Assembly (NCBI GenBank): GCA_944383915.1
Contig: CALWRJ010000010.1
Location: forward strand, 73,178 to 137,177
Length of the DNA: 64,000 nucleotides
Reading direction: 5' to 3'
Origin: an uncultured Clostridia bacterium
GTDB taxonomy: Bacteria; Bacillota; Clostridia; Christensenellales; UBA1242
Shown: piece by piece, positions 1 through 9,619 of the stretch
Layout: each line of letters begins with the position of its first letter
Numbering within the stretch: position 1 is the first letter of the stretch
Notes under the pieces: generated by a model
The model's database searches: none
Told to the model about the DNA's origin: nothing
The model's input: only the letters and a program-made list of their open reading frames with translations
Program-made: the position numbers and the translations under genes

Positions 1-369
1 AACTTTACACAAAATAGTCCGTACAATAAACCTCAACCTCAACCACAACCTCAAAGACCTATGCCACAAAATCAAAATATTGCGCAACCGCGACCAAATG
101 TTGCTCCACAACAGCAATTTAATCAACCGCAACAACCGCGTCCGCAAAATCAGTTTAACCAAACATTCCCACAACAACGCCCTGCAATGCCTCAACAACC
201 ACAACAACCAAGACCACAAGGCAGTCCTTTTGCACCCCCTCCACCACAACCAGCAAGACCAGCACCGCGCCCGCCAGTTACTCCATTTACAGGCGCAAAC
301 AACCCAAATACTGCGCCAAAACCTAATGGAAACAATAACGGTACAAATGGCACAAATAATGCAGTGTAA
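1..369 (+). CDS. C-terminal part of a proline/glutamine-rich low-complexity protein (5' end outside window)
   Basis: Frame 1 is open from nt 1 (NFTQNSPYNKPQPQPQPQRP...) into the listed 61..369 ORF. P/Q/N-rich composition, no recognisable domain. Confidence 0.45.
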   Translation, partial: NFTQNSPYNKPQPQPQPQRPMPQNQNIAQPRPNVAPQQQFNQPQQPRPQNQFNQTFPQQRPAMPQQPQQPRPQGSPFAPPPPQPARPAPRPPVTPFTGANNPNTAPKPNGNNNGTNGTNNAV

Positions 370-378
370 GGAGAGTTT

Positions 379-732
379 ATGAGAGAATTAAAGACTGTTT
401 GTATTCGTTGCCCTATAGGGTGTCATCTAACAATTACTGATGCAAGCGGAGAAATTGTCGTTACGGGCAATCGCTGTCCGCGTGGCGCCGAATATGGTAG
501 GCAAGAATTTACCGCACCTATGCGCACAATAACAACGGTTTATCCTAGGAAGCAAGGCGGCACTCTTGCGGTGCGCACAAGTACGGCTGTGCCAAAAGAG
601 AAGTACTTTGAAGTACTAAAAGAAATAAAGTCTGTACCCGAACCGAAAAGCCCACATTTTCACGATATTTTAATAAAAAATGTATGTGGGACAGGGGCTG
701 ATGTTGTAATTACAGAAATAAATGATGTTTAA
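379..732 (+). CDS. DUF1667 domain protein
   Basis: Begins 10 nt after the previous stop, with an AGGAG-like RBS. CxRCPxGC...GNxCPRGxEYG motif pattern typical of DUF1667 proteins. Confidence 0.75.
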   Translation: MRELKTVCIRCPIGCHLTITDASGEIVVTGNRCPRGAEYGRQEFTAPMRTITTVYPRKQGGTLAVRTSTAVPKEKYFEVLKEIKSVPEPKSPHFHDILIKNVCGTGADVVITEINDV

Positions 733-1005
733 AAAATGTCATTATAGAAATAAAAGTCTGCTTAAATTAAAAGCAGATTTTTTGATATTTTTAAATATTT
801 TTTACTATTTTCCATTCTATTATATTATACATATTTATTTAAAATATTTTGATAAACTATTGAAAGTAAAATTTAGCAAAAATGAAAAAGAAAATGCAAA
901 GTTTTATTGACAAGCAGTTATAGTTGTGTTAGAATATGTCTAGAATAATTTTTGCTAAATAAATAGCAAATTTATTTTAAATTTAATAATAACGAGGTGC
1001 CTTTT

Positions 1006-1665
1006 ATGAGTGAAAAATATTCACCAGACGAAATGAAACCGCTAGTTTTAGCAAATGCTTTTGTAACATGCCACCGCTTTTTAACAGAAGTTACAGCCCT
1101 TGGCGCGTGGGTTTTTGCTTCGGCAAAAAAATCGAAAGATTTGCTTAATGTGCACCCAAATGAGCAGAATACAAAAATTTCAATGTTATCTGTTAAAAAC
1201 CTTATTTTGCCTGAAACTGCAAGGCAAAGTATAAAGCAAAATTTAAGCGTATTTTTTGATAAAGATGGCGTTTTCCGTCAGGAATTAAGGGAAGCATGGC
1301 GCGATATAACCGGCTATGACGAAGTTATAGAATATTTTAAGGCTAATCCGCCATCAAGATATCTCGCAACTTTAAATCCGGATACCGTTCACACACTTAA
1401 TACTGATTTAGTGCGCAATTTGTCTACTGACCACAGGTATGTGTCATTTTTAAAGGATAGTGTAAGAGAATACAAAGATGCCGACCTTGAAAAAAGCAAG
1501 GATATGACGCACGAGGCTGTTTCCGAATATCTTGATGACCTTGTAGATTACGGTGTAAAATGTAACCATCGTTATGAAGCAAATCGAATATTTGAAGGCA
1601 CAGCGCAAAATACAAAATCAAACGCGTCAACAAATTCACATATTGACGAACGCGCAAAATTTTAA
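1006..1665 (+). CDS. hypothetical protein
   Basis: Long ORF. I prefer ATG at 1006 (GAGG 8 nt upstream) over the GTG at 997. Followed by a terminator; no domain recognised. Confidence 0.55.
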   Translation: MSEKYSPDEMKPLVLANAFVTCHRFLTEVTALGAWVFASAKKSKDLLNVHPNEQNTKISMLSVKNLILPETARQSIKQNLSVFFDKDGVFRQELREAWRDITGYDEVIEYFKANPPSRYLATLNPDTVHTLNTDLVRNLSTDHRYVSFLKDSVREYKDADLEKSKDMTHEAVSEYLDDLVDYGVKCNHRYEANRIFEGTAQNTKSNASTNSHIDERAKF

Positions 1666-1669
1666 TAAA

Positions 1670-1691
1670 AGAGGGCAATGCTCTCTTTTTT
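1670..1691 (+). terminator. rho-independent terminator
   Basis: Stem agagggc/gctctct with a 3-nt loop, followed by a T-run. Confidence 0.55.
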
Positions 1692-1765
1692 GTTTTATGA
1701 CGATTTTTCACGCATATTTCACAATGCTAAATTAAATTTTTATAAAATCACTTAGGAGGAAATTT

Positions 1766-2428
1766 ATGGAAAAAATTTTAATTGTTGATGATGAAAAAAA
1801 TATAGTTAATGTATTGCGTGAATATGGCGAATTTAATGGTTTTTTAGTAGATTGCGCGTACGATGGAATTGAAGCACTAGAAAAACTTGAACGCACAAAT
1901 TATGATTGCGTTCTATTAGACATTATGATGCCAAATTTAGATGGTTTTAGTACAGTAAAGGCTTTAAAGGAAATAAAAAATACGCCTGTAATAATTATGA
2001 GCGCAAAGACGCAAGAGGAGGATAAACTTCAAGGGTTTGAGTTGGGTATTGATGATTATGTGACAAAACCTTTTTCGCCAAAAGAAGTTATGGCACGAGT
2101 AAAAGCAGTTATCAAGCGCACAAAAGGTTATCTTGATTATGCTGAAATTAAAGAAATAAAACTTGATTCATTAAACAAGCGAATTTTAGTAAATGGAAAA
2201 GATGTCCACGCAACACAAAAAGAGTTTGATTTACTTAGTGTACTTATTCGTAATAAAGGGCTTGTTGTATCCCGTGAAAAATTGTTAAATGAAATCTGGG
2301 GGTATGATTACAACGGTGATGAGCGGACTGTTGATACACATATAAAAATGTTGCGCGCACACTTAGGAGAAAGTGCGAAATACATAAAAACTGCCCGCGG
2401 GCTTGGGTACGAGTTCGTGGCTGATTAG
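1766..2428 (+). CDS. OmpR-family two-component response regulator
   Basis: Receiver domain (ILIVDDE...DCVLLDIMMPNLDG...SAK) plus winged-helix output (TVDTHIKMLRAHLG...GLGYEF). GGAGG RBS. Confidence 0.93.
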   Translation: MEKILIVDDEKNIVNVLREYGEFNGFLVDCAYDGIEALEKLERTNYDCVLLDIMMPNLDGFSTVKALKEIKNTPVIIMSAKTQEEDKLQGFELGIDDYVTKPFSPKEVMARVKAVIKRTKGYLDYAEIKEIKLDSLNKRILVNGKDVHATQKEFDLLSVLIRNKGLVVSREKLLNEIWGYDYNGDERTVDTHIKMLRAHLGESAKYIKTARGLGYEFVAD

Positions 2429-2435
2429 GAGAATT

Positions 2436-3839
2436 ATGGCAAAAAATAATAGACGCGCTCGCACAATAAGAGCGAATATTTTAATAAATTATCTAATAAT
2501 TTTATGTGTTATTTTTGCGCTTTATTGGATTCTTGAAGTCGTCTTTTTTGATACTATTTATCACAGTATTAAAGTTAAGGAAGTAGAGCGCACATTAGCG
2601 CAAACTATTGAATATTATCACGAGGAAGATGGCGATGCTTTATTTGAGTTGTCTGTCACAAGTGATTGTAATATTGTTATTTTTACTACAACGGTTACGG
2701 AAACAGAAACGAGTTATAGTTTTAAATTTAATAGTTCGCGTATAACTGACCCTATAGAACTTACTAATACAATACGCTTTCTTGTAGAGGCTCTTGATGG
2801 GCGTGATAGCGTTCGGTATGAAGATGACAGATTTGATGATGACCAGGTGCTAATTGTTGGACAAAAAGAGAGCGTGGAAGGGAGCGAACCTATTTATTAT
2901 TATGTGAGTAGTGTAGTTACCGCATCGGCGTATACAACTAATGTTATAGTTTATTTACTCTTAATAATAATGTCTATAAGTCTTGTTGTTACAGTGGTAA
3001 TTTCATATTTATCATCGAATGTGCTTTCTAAACCAATTAGACAAATTGCCGACCAGGCAAAGCAACTAAATGCGGGTAATCTTGATGTAAAATTTGACAA
3101 TCGCGAATATAAAGAAATTAGTGAGTTATCTGACACATTAAATTATGCTATTGCAGAAATTCAAAAAGGTGAGAATCTAAGGAAAGAAGTTATGGCTAAT
3201 GTGTCTCATGAGTTACGCACACCTCTTACGATGATAAAATCGTATGCGGAACTAATTAACGACATTAGTGGAAATGACCCCGAAAAGCGAGCCGAACACA
3301 TAAAGATAATTTTAGAGGAGACGGATAGGCTTGAATATTTGGTAAACGATATTATGGATTTGTCGAAACTTCAAGCAGGCTCTATTTCGTACAATTTTGA
3401 GCGTTTCAATATTTCTGAGAGTCTTGAAAAGTTTGAAAAATTTTATAAAGAAAAATTCACAGACTTTCAATTTACCTTCGAATATCCAAAACGCGTCTAT
3501 GTATTTGGAGATAAAAAGAGGTTGGAACAAGTTATCATAAATTTACTTAATAACGCGGTAAATTATTCACAAGACGAAAAAAGCATAACGGTAAAATTGT
3601 ATAAGGTGCACGGCGAAAAAATTCATAGACTTGAAGTAATTGATAAGGGCGTAGGAATTAGCAAAGAGGAGCAGAAGTACATCTTTGACAGGCATTTCCG
3701 TGCGACAAGTTCTAAGCGCGCTGTTACGGGAAGCGGAATAGGGCTTTCAATTGTTAAAGAAATTTTAAATTATCACCACTGTAAATTTGGTGTTATAAGT
3801 GATGTAGGCAAGGGAAGTACTTTCTATTTTGAATTTTAA
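2436..3839 (+). CDS. sensor histidine kinase (2 TM, HAMP, HisKA, HATPase_c)
   Basis: H-box SHELRTPLT, N-box LLNNAVNYS, G-boxes DKGVGI and GSGIGLSIVK. ATG at 2436 with GGAG RBS preferred over the overlapping upstream start. Confidence 0.9.
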   Translation: MAKNNRRARTIRANILINYLIILCVIFALYWILEVVFFDTIYHSIKVKEVERTLAQTIEYYHEEDGDALFELSVTSDCNIVIFTTTVTETETSYSFKFNSSRITDPIELTNTIRFLVEALDGRDSVRYEDDRFDDDQVLIVGQKESVEGSEPIYYYVSSVVTASAYTTNVIVYLLLIIMSISLVVTVVISYLSSNVLSKPIRQIADQAKQLNAGNLDVKFDNREYKEISELSDTLNYAIAEIQKGENLRKEVMANVSHELRTPLTMIKSYAELINDISGNDPEKRAEHIKIILEETDRLEYLVNDIMDLSKLQAGSISYNFERFNISESLEKFEKFYKEKFTDFQFTFEYPKRVYVFGDKKRLEQVIINLLNNAVNYSQDEKSITVKLYKVHGEKIHRLEVIDKGVGISKEEQKYIFDRHFRATSSKRAVTGSGIGLSIVKEILNYHHCKFGVISDVGKGSTFYFEF

Positions 3840-3868
3840 TTATTAATAAAAAACTTTTATCAAAATAT

Positions 3869-3897
3869 TTGCTTTTTTTTGCAAAAAGCATTATAAT
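3869..3897 (+). promoter_or_regulatory. candidate sigma-70-type promoter (TTGCTT-17-TATAAT)
   Basis: TTGCTT at 3869-3874, a 17-nt spacer, then TATAAT at 3892-3897, about 50 nt upstream of the 3949 start. Confidence 0.4.
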
Positions 3898-3948
3898 TAG
3901 TCTAACTTGGGGCAAATTAATTTGAGGCTATTCAAAAGAGGTGGAAAT

Positions 3949-4398
3949 ATGGAAAAATTGGCTTTAACAGATGCGCAAAAAGAATTGATGGCGCAGACTG
4001 ATGGTATAATTAAAACAGGCGATGTAAACTTGATGCTAAAGCACTTTGCTTTGCTTATGACAGACGGGCTAACACCTACACCAAAGCAAATTGCAAAGGT
4101 TAGTGCATATGTATATAAAACGGGCGATGAAAATCTTATGCTAGATTTCGCTGTTGAATTTGGCGGAATGGGGGCATTCGTACAAAAACTTGGTGAGGTT
4201 GTAATTGAACAAGGCGATGCCGAGGATAATTTTGATTTTGCGCAATATGCTTCGGGGGCGGATGTAGTTGCTCACGGAAAAGCAATCAAGAAAAAGAAAA
4301 ACAAACTTTGGTGGAGTGCTTTTTGTAAGCGTTTTCCAGAGCAGGCACGCATTATAGAGCAAAATAGCAGATCAAGAGAAGAAGTGATTAATAGGTAG
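3949..4398 (+). CDS. hypothetical protein with three internal G-D-x-N-[LF] repeats
   Basis: ATG at 3949 with AAGAGGTGG RBS. Repeated KTGDVNLMLKHFA / KTGDENLMLDFAVEF / EQGDAEDNFDFAQYA. K-rich C-terminus. Confidence 0.55.
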   Translation: MEKLALTDAQKELMAQTDGIIKTGDVNLMLKHFALLMTDGLTPTPKQIAKVSAYVYKTGDENLMLDFAVEFGGMGAFVQKLGEVVIEQGDAEDNFDFAQYASGADVVAHGKAIKKKKNKLWWSAFCKRFPEQARIIEQNSRSREEVINR

Positions 4399-4406
4399 GG
4401 TAAGTA

Positions 4407-5615
4407 ATGGAAACTGATAAAATGGGAGTAGAGGAGCCACAAGGAGAAGTTACTTATTTTGTGTTTGACAATGATAAGGGCTTCGTAAGTGGAGAGCATG
4501 ATGTAAATAGAATGCGGTCGCTTCGTTTTAAAGATGTGATATTTAATGACCTTGTTGGCGATTTTGACGAAAAAGGTAAATATGTAATAGCAGAAAATAT
4601 TGAAGTTGACCTTGTCAATTTAAAAAAAGAAATAGTGGAAAATTCATTAAATGGAGTAGAAGGGCGCGCTGTTATTGATGACCGAGTATTCACTTTTAAT
4701 GTTACTCCGCCACAGCCACTAGGTAACGGTAATGCATATTGTTATCTACAGTTGCTTGAGGAGTTGCCACGCGTAAATGGTTATTATATTGATACTCTTA
4801 CTTCTACAATTGCGACATATGAATACAAAAATGATGAATATTTTTTTGATAATGCGCTAAAAGTATTCAATTTTTTTGAAAAGAAAGGTGTTGAAGATGA
4901 TGACAAGCAAATATTACCAGATAGTTTGCGTGCGCGTTTTGTAATGCTAGCGCAGATGAGGGAACAGGCATATGACCCTTTAGATAAACTTGAAGAGGCG
5001 TATTTCAATAAGCGTTTGCAACTGTTAAGTGAGGACCCCGAACTTGCTATAATTTTGGCTGAATTTGCGAACAAACGCAACAAACTAGAACCATATTTTG
5101 CAAATGCAGAGCATAAATACATTTTCTTAAATCAAATTTTAGATGAAGTGCTAGATACTGCGGTTGCTATAAAAGCACTTGATAAATCGCCTTCTATTAA
5201 GGAGCAATTAAAAGAGGCGGACAACAAGGCATATGGGCTTGCTATAAAAGTTGAGGAAAAAGTTCGTCAAGACAATACGATAGAAAAGGCGCAAGAAAAT
5301 GTGATGTTTACTGAAAACATTGGAGAAAAATCTCAACCAAAACCTGCCAACAAAAATGTAAAAGTAAATAAGGGCGGTAATGCACCAAAGAAAGAAAAAT
5401 CCGCTTGGGAATACAAGTCCAACGCAAAAGGTAATTATGTATCTCCTTACCAAAAGTCATCTAAGGATAAAGGCAATGATAAACAGGCTGGCGGTGGCGG
5501 TGGAATGTCAAATAGTAATGATGATTGGGGAAAGACAAACAAAAAATCATTTAATAATGATCGTAGTAGAAGCCCGACTCCACCGACACAAACGGGCCCA
5601 ACTATGAATAGATAA
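4407..5615 (+). CDS. hypothetical protein (402 aa) with K/N/G-rich tail
   Basis: Long ORF 8 nt after the previous gene (operon-like). No domain recognised. Terminator follows. Confidence 0.55.
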   Translation: METDKMGVEEPQGEVTYFVFDNDKGFVSGEHDVNRMRSLRFKDVIFNDLVGDFDEKGKYVIAENIEVDLVNLKKEIVENSLNGVEGRAVIDDRVFTFNVTPPQPLGNGNAYCYLQLLEELPRVNGYYIDTLTSTIATYEYKNDEYFFDNALKVFNFFEKKGVEDDDKQILPDSLRARFVMLAQMREQAYDPLDKLEEAYFNKRLQLLSEDPELAIILAEFANKRNKLEPYFANAEHKYIFLNQILDEVLDTAVAIKALDKSPSIKEQLKEADNKAYGLAIKVEEKVRQDNTIEKAQENVMFTENIGEKSQPKPANKNVKVNKGGNAPKKEKSAWEYKSNAKGNYVSPYQKSSKDKGNDKQAGGGGGMSNSNDDWGKTNKKSFNNDRSRSPTPPTQTGPTMNR

Positions 5616-5638
5616 AGAGTACTTAAATACTCTTTTTT
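5615..5638 (+). terminator. rho-independent terminator
   Basis: aagagta-cttaaa-tactctt hairpin followed by a T-run. Confidence 0.6.
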
Positions 5639-5707
5639 GTTTTTTACTCTTGAAAAATTATATTTATTATGTTATAATATTAAAAACTGAAAAGGTGGTT
5701 AAGTTTT

Positions 5708-6508
5708 ATGGCACTTACTTCAAATCAAATTTATGCTGTAGCCGGTTCGGGACAAACTCAAATAAATAATTTTTTTGAGGAAGCATTTAATAGAAACCTA
5801 CTAGGCTCCGAATCTGGTTATGTTACTCCTAGTGGCGTGTTTTATGATAACTATATTTCTCCAAATGCAAAATGTGGTAGATTGTCTACACAAGCACCAG
5901 TGAATGTAGATAAGGAATCAACTCGCGAGTTTTTTAACATCTTTATGAAAGAGTTAAATAAATATGACATCAATTCAAAGGGCAAAGATTTGATTTTCGA
6001 AAATTACTTAGCAATTATGACAAATGCTTTAAATATATATTTTGGTGGTCAAGTTGCTCAAGACGGTGCTTATAAAGATTTTACCGCAAATGGAGAAAAA
6101 TCTTTAAGTAACTTTAAAGGCTCAAATAAATCATCAGAATTAGAGCGCGCGCTTTTAGCACACAATACAAATAAGTTGCTTGGAATTAATTCTAGTATTA
6201 TCTTTAATAACAATAAAGTTTTTGTAGGTTGTGACGACCCATTCGATAGAACGGCATACACAATTTTTTATCCTGGTTGCTACATTTTCTTTAAAGACCA
6301 TTTGCCAGCGACAAGTATGACTTCTATAGATATGTCGGACAAAAACACACTTTTATACGGCAAAGAAAAAAATTCTATTACTGTCGGTGATTTTAAGGAT
6401 ATTGAACGCCAAATAGGTGTTAGCAATTTTTATCACGATTCTAATTTTGAGGTTGACATTTACTGTTTGGGACTTGAAAGAAAAATGTCTCAAACAAGAG
6501 AAAAATAA
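5708..6508 (+). CDS. hypothetical protein (266 aa)
   Basis: AAAGGTGG RBS upstream. Monocistronic, flanked by terminators. No domain recognised. Confidence 0.55.
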   Translation: MALTSNQIYAVAGSGQTQINNFFEEAFNRNLLGSESGYVTPSGVFYDNYISPNAKCGRLSTQAPVNVDKESTREFFNIFMKELNKYDINSKGKDLIFENYLAIMTNALNIYFGGQVAQDGAYKDFTANGEKSLSNFKGSNKSSELERALLAHNTNKLLGINSSIIFNNNKVFVGCDDPFDRTAYTIFYPGCYIFFKDHLPATSMTSIDMSDKNTLLYGKEKNSITVGDFKDIERQIGVSNFYHDSNFEVDIYCLGLERKMSQTREK

Positions 6509-6509
6509 T

Positions 6510-6543
6510 AAGAGTTAAGCGCGAGAACGCTTACTCTTTTTTT
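6510..6543 (+). terminator. rho-independent terminator
   Basis: agagt(t)aagcg / cgcttactct stem followed by a T-run. Confidence 0.6.
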
Positions 6544-6623
6544 ATTGCGCTTAGAGTGTATGTCAATTGTTTGACTTTTTTCATAATTTATGTTATTTTT
6601 TATCTAAAAGTGAGGGGGCTGAA

Positions 6624-8657
6624 ATGGCGCAGAAGGATATTGAATGGCAAAATGAAGTAAATCATCTTGAAAACACACTACAATCGATTGATGCAAGTAT
6701 TGAAAAATTAGACCGCGATGTTGGGGAGTTGAAAAATGTTGTTGCGGAACTTCGCGAGTACTACATTCGCGGAACGCAAATTTTCGGTGACATTGACCCA
6801 CAAGAGCGCGTAAGCATAAATGAACGAATTGATAATTATATAGAAATCGGCAATCAACATATCGACCAAATTGAGAGATTAAAGAAAAATCGCGCTCGTC
6901 CGTATTTTGGACGCGTCCGTTTTGAGTCTAAAATTGACCCAGCAGATTTTTATGTTGGGTTAATGGGGATAGAAAAAAATGGCGAATATTATGTATATGA
7001 CTGGCGTGCGCCTATTTGCGAACTTTTTTATGATTTTGGGTTAGGTAAGGCGCATTACAAATCACCAAATGGCGATATCACAGGCGAAATTACTCTAAAA
7101 AGACAGTATGAAATTGAAAACGGCAAGTTAATTGATTTTTTTGATAAAGATTTAAACCTTTATGACGAGTATTTGCAAAAAGTTTTGAGCAAAATTAGTA
7201 CCGATAAATTGCATAATATCGCATCTACTATTCAAATGGAGCAGAACGAGATTATTCGCGATTTAAAAAATGATGTCGTCATTGTGCAAGGTTATGCGGG
7301 TAGTGGGAAAACGACAGTTGCGCTTCACCGTATTGCTTATTCACTATATCGACTGAAAGATTTAAAGTCGGCAAATATTTTAATTTTTACTTTAAACGAT
7401 GCTTTTATGTCGCATATTGAGGGGGTTTTACCTGAACTAGGAGAACAAAACACTCGTAGTGCTACATTAGCGCGTTTTGCTGGAAGGTTGTTAAAATTTC
7501 CAAAACATTTTGAAGAGAGCGATATGTTTATGACGCGCTATCTCGGGCTAAACGATTTGGCAAAGGCTGAAATTTTGGCAAAACTAGACTTTTCTATAAA
7601 AGAAAAAATGGCTCAATTTGTACAAAATTTAGTAGAAAACACGCACGCAACAAAAGGTTTTAAGGTGCGCGAAGTACCTTTTACCGCAAAACTATTAGAA
7701 AGGTTGTTTACTCGTGATTTTAGTGATACTCCTTATTTAGATAGGTTTAATCAAATTTCAAAATATGTTTTAGAAAAAATTAAAGCCAAAGATGACGAAC
7801 TAGTTTTTGCGCAGGTAAAATCGCACGTGGCAAAGTGTTTTGATGCGGACATTAATCTTGAATCGCTTTATACTAAATTTTGCGTTTATGCTGGTTTTAG
7901 CGAACCTGATTTGTCTATTATAAAAATGGAAGATGCTATTTTATTATGTTTGTTAAAACAAAAATTAGAGGATATGATTATAAAAATGGATATTCGCCAT
8001 ATAGTAATTGACGAAGCGCAAGAATATCCAGCATTATTTATCGATTTTTTAATGAAAGTTTTCCCGCGCGCGCAATTTAGTATTTTTGGTGATAAATATC
8101 AGCAAACGAATCCCTTAGGCGTTGGAGATTTACAAAAAATAGTTGATATGCATTCGCACTATGGCGATTATAAATTGTACACTCTAGATAACTCTTATCG
8201 TAGTAGCGAGGAAATTGTGGAGTATTCATCTAGACTAATAGGAAATCCTCGTCACAATGCATTTAGATTGCTAAATGGGAATAAAGTTGACGAACGCGAA
8301 CTTGCAGATACTAATAAAATGGTGGCATCTCAAATTCTTTCTATTTTGGAAAGTGAAATACAAAACGGTGGAACGATTGGCGTAATTGTTGGTGATGTTG
8401 AAAGCGCGCGCGAGATTGAAAGCGAAATAAAAAAAGTAGCACCGAGTAAAGTTTGTTTGGTGGATAGTGCGCGTAGTGATGCTTTTGCGCAAGTACAAGT
8501 TTTACCAGTTATTTTGTCAAAAGGCTTGGAATTTAATACCGTTATTGTTGTTGATAATGGGGGATTGTTTGATAGTAAATTAGGTCAAAATTTGAGATTT
8601 ATTGCTTGCACTCGTGCTGTTAATAAATTGTATGTTTTGCGTAAATTTGATAACTAA
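6624..8657 (+). CDS. helD: HelD-like UvrD/Rep superfamily-1 helicase (RNA polymerase recycling ATPase type)
   Basis: N-terminal coiled coil, YFGRVRF and YVYDWRAPICELFYDF signature, Walker A GYAGSGKTTVALHRIAY, VIDEAQEY, C-terminal GLEFNTVIVV. ATG at 6624 with GAGGGGG RBS. Confidence 0.8.
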   Translation: MAQKDIEWQNEVNHLENTLQSIDASIEKLDRDVGELKNVVAELREYYIRGTQIFGDIDPQERVSINERIDNYIEIGNQHIDQIERLKKNRARPYFGRVRFESKIDPADFYVGLMGIEKNGEYYVYDWRAPICELFYDFGLGKAHYKSPNGDITGEITLKRQYEIENGKLIDFFDKDLNLYDEYLQKVLSKISTDKLHNIASTIQMEQNEIIRDLKNDVVIVQGYAGSGKTTVALHRIAYSLYRLKDLKSANILIFTLNDAFMSHIEGVLPELGEQNTRSATLARFAGRLLKFPKHFEESDMFMTRYLGLNDLAKAEILAKLDFSIKEKMAQFVQNLVENTHATKGFKVREVPFTAKLLERLFTRDFSDTPYLDRFNQISKYVLEKIKAKDDELVFAQVKSHVAKCFDADINLESLYTKFCVYAGFSEPDLSIIKMEDAILLCLLKQKLEDMIIKMDIRHIVIDEAQEYPALFIDFLMKVFPRAQFSIFGDKYQQTNPLGVGDLQKIVDMHSHYGDYKLYTLDNSYRSSEEIVEYSSRLIGNPRHNAFRLLNGNKVDERELADTNKMVASQILSILESEIQNGGTIGVIVGDVESAREIESEIKKVAPSKVCLVDSARSDAFAQVQVLPVILSKGLEFNTVIVVDNGGLFDSKLGQNLRFIACTRAVNKLYVLRKFDN

Positions 8658-8739
8658 CCGTCTAAATTTTGTTATATAGTGTTTAATTTTTGTAGTTTAG
8701 TGCTTAAATTTGCTTAGAGTAATTAAAAGGGATATTTAT

Positions 8740-9222
8740 ATGAAATGTAAGTTTTGTGGCTGTCAAGATAGTAAAGTGATAGATAGCCGTACTAATGAAG
8801 ATTGTACAATTGTACGCCGTAGGCGTGAATGTGTAAAGTGTGGTAGGCGTTTTACAACTTTTGAGGAATATGAAACTATACCAGTGCTTGTGGTAAAGGC
8901 AAATGGCGACCGCCAGCCTTTTGACCGTGAAAAAGTAAAGCGTGGTATAATAAAGGCTTGTGAAAAGCGACCTGTAACTTTTTCTCAAATAGAGGAGATG
9001 GTTTCTAATATAGAAAAATCAATTTATAATGCATTAGAGCCCGAGGTTAACAGCAGTAAAATTGGCGAACTTGTAATGGACGAGATTAAAAAAGTTGATG
9101 AAGTTGCCTATATTCGTTTTGCTTCTGTGTATAGACAGTTTAAAGATGTGAGCAACTTTATTGATTTGTTGAATGATTTTAAAAAGGATATGGAAAAAGA
9201 TAAAGCAAAAGCGACTGAGTAA
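8740..9222 (+). CDS. nrdR: transcriptional repressor NrdR
   Basis: MKCKFCGCQDSKVIDSR...RRRRECVKCGRRFTTFE zinc ribbon plus ATP-cone. RBS AAAAGGGA. Confidence 0.93.
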   Translation: MKCKFCGCQDSKVIDSRTNEDCTIVRRRRECVKCGRRFTTFEEYETIPVLVVKANGDRQPFDREKVKRGIIKACEKRPVTFSQIEEMVSNIEKSIYNALEPEVNSSKIGELVMDEIKKVDEVAYIRFASVYRQFKDVSNFIDLLNDFKKDMEKDKAKATE

Positions 9223-9394
9223 AAAATTTTTGCTTTTTCTATTATAGTTATTAGCAAATAATAAATATTTAATAAATTGATAGAAGCAAAAGGTTAGATT
9301 AAAAAATATCGCATTATGTTTTTAAATTTTTACAAAACTGCGGTATTTTTTCTTTTTTAGTCTTAAAAGACGTATTTTTTTCATATTTTAAAGT

Positions 9395-9619
9395 ATGAAA
9401 TTGACACAAGCCGAAACTAATGCGAATGTTCGCGTAATTGATATAAATGCACCTATTATGTTAAAGCGCAGAATTTACGACCTTGGTTGCACACCTAAAA
9501 CGGAAATTAAAGTGCTAGCAGGGCAAAATAGGCTTTCAGGCGGTATTTATGTTGTTAAAAATTGCGTTTTAGGTATTAAGCGCGATATTGCAGAGCGAAT
9601 TTTGGTGGAAAAATTATGA
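9395..9619 (+). CDS. feoA: FeoA-family ferrous iron transport protein
   Basis: 74-aa SH3-like FeoA-sized protein. 4-nt overlap with feoB. Confidence 0.8.
   Translation: MKLTQAETNANVRVIDINAPIMLKRRIYDLGCTPKTEIKVLAGQNRLSGGIYVVKNCVLGIKRDIAERILVEKL

Noticed and set aside
80-382. 100-aa alternative-frame ORF overlapping the P/Q-rich gene
   Set aside because: It is an overlapping frame of a low-complexity CCN/CAA-rich region. The frame open from nt 1 is the more consistent reading.
9223-9394. Fur box upstream of feoAB
   Set aside because: I saw only weak AT-rich resemblance (tagttattagcaaataataaat) to the 19-bp Fur consensus, which cannot be distinguished from background in this AT-rich DNA.
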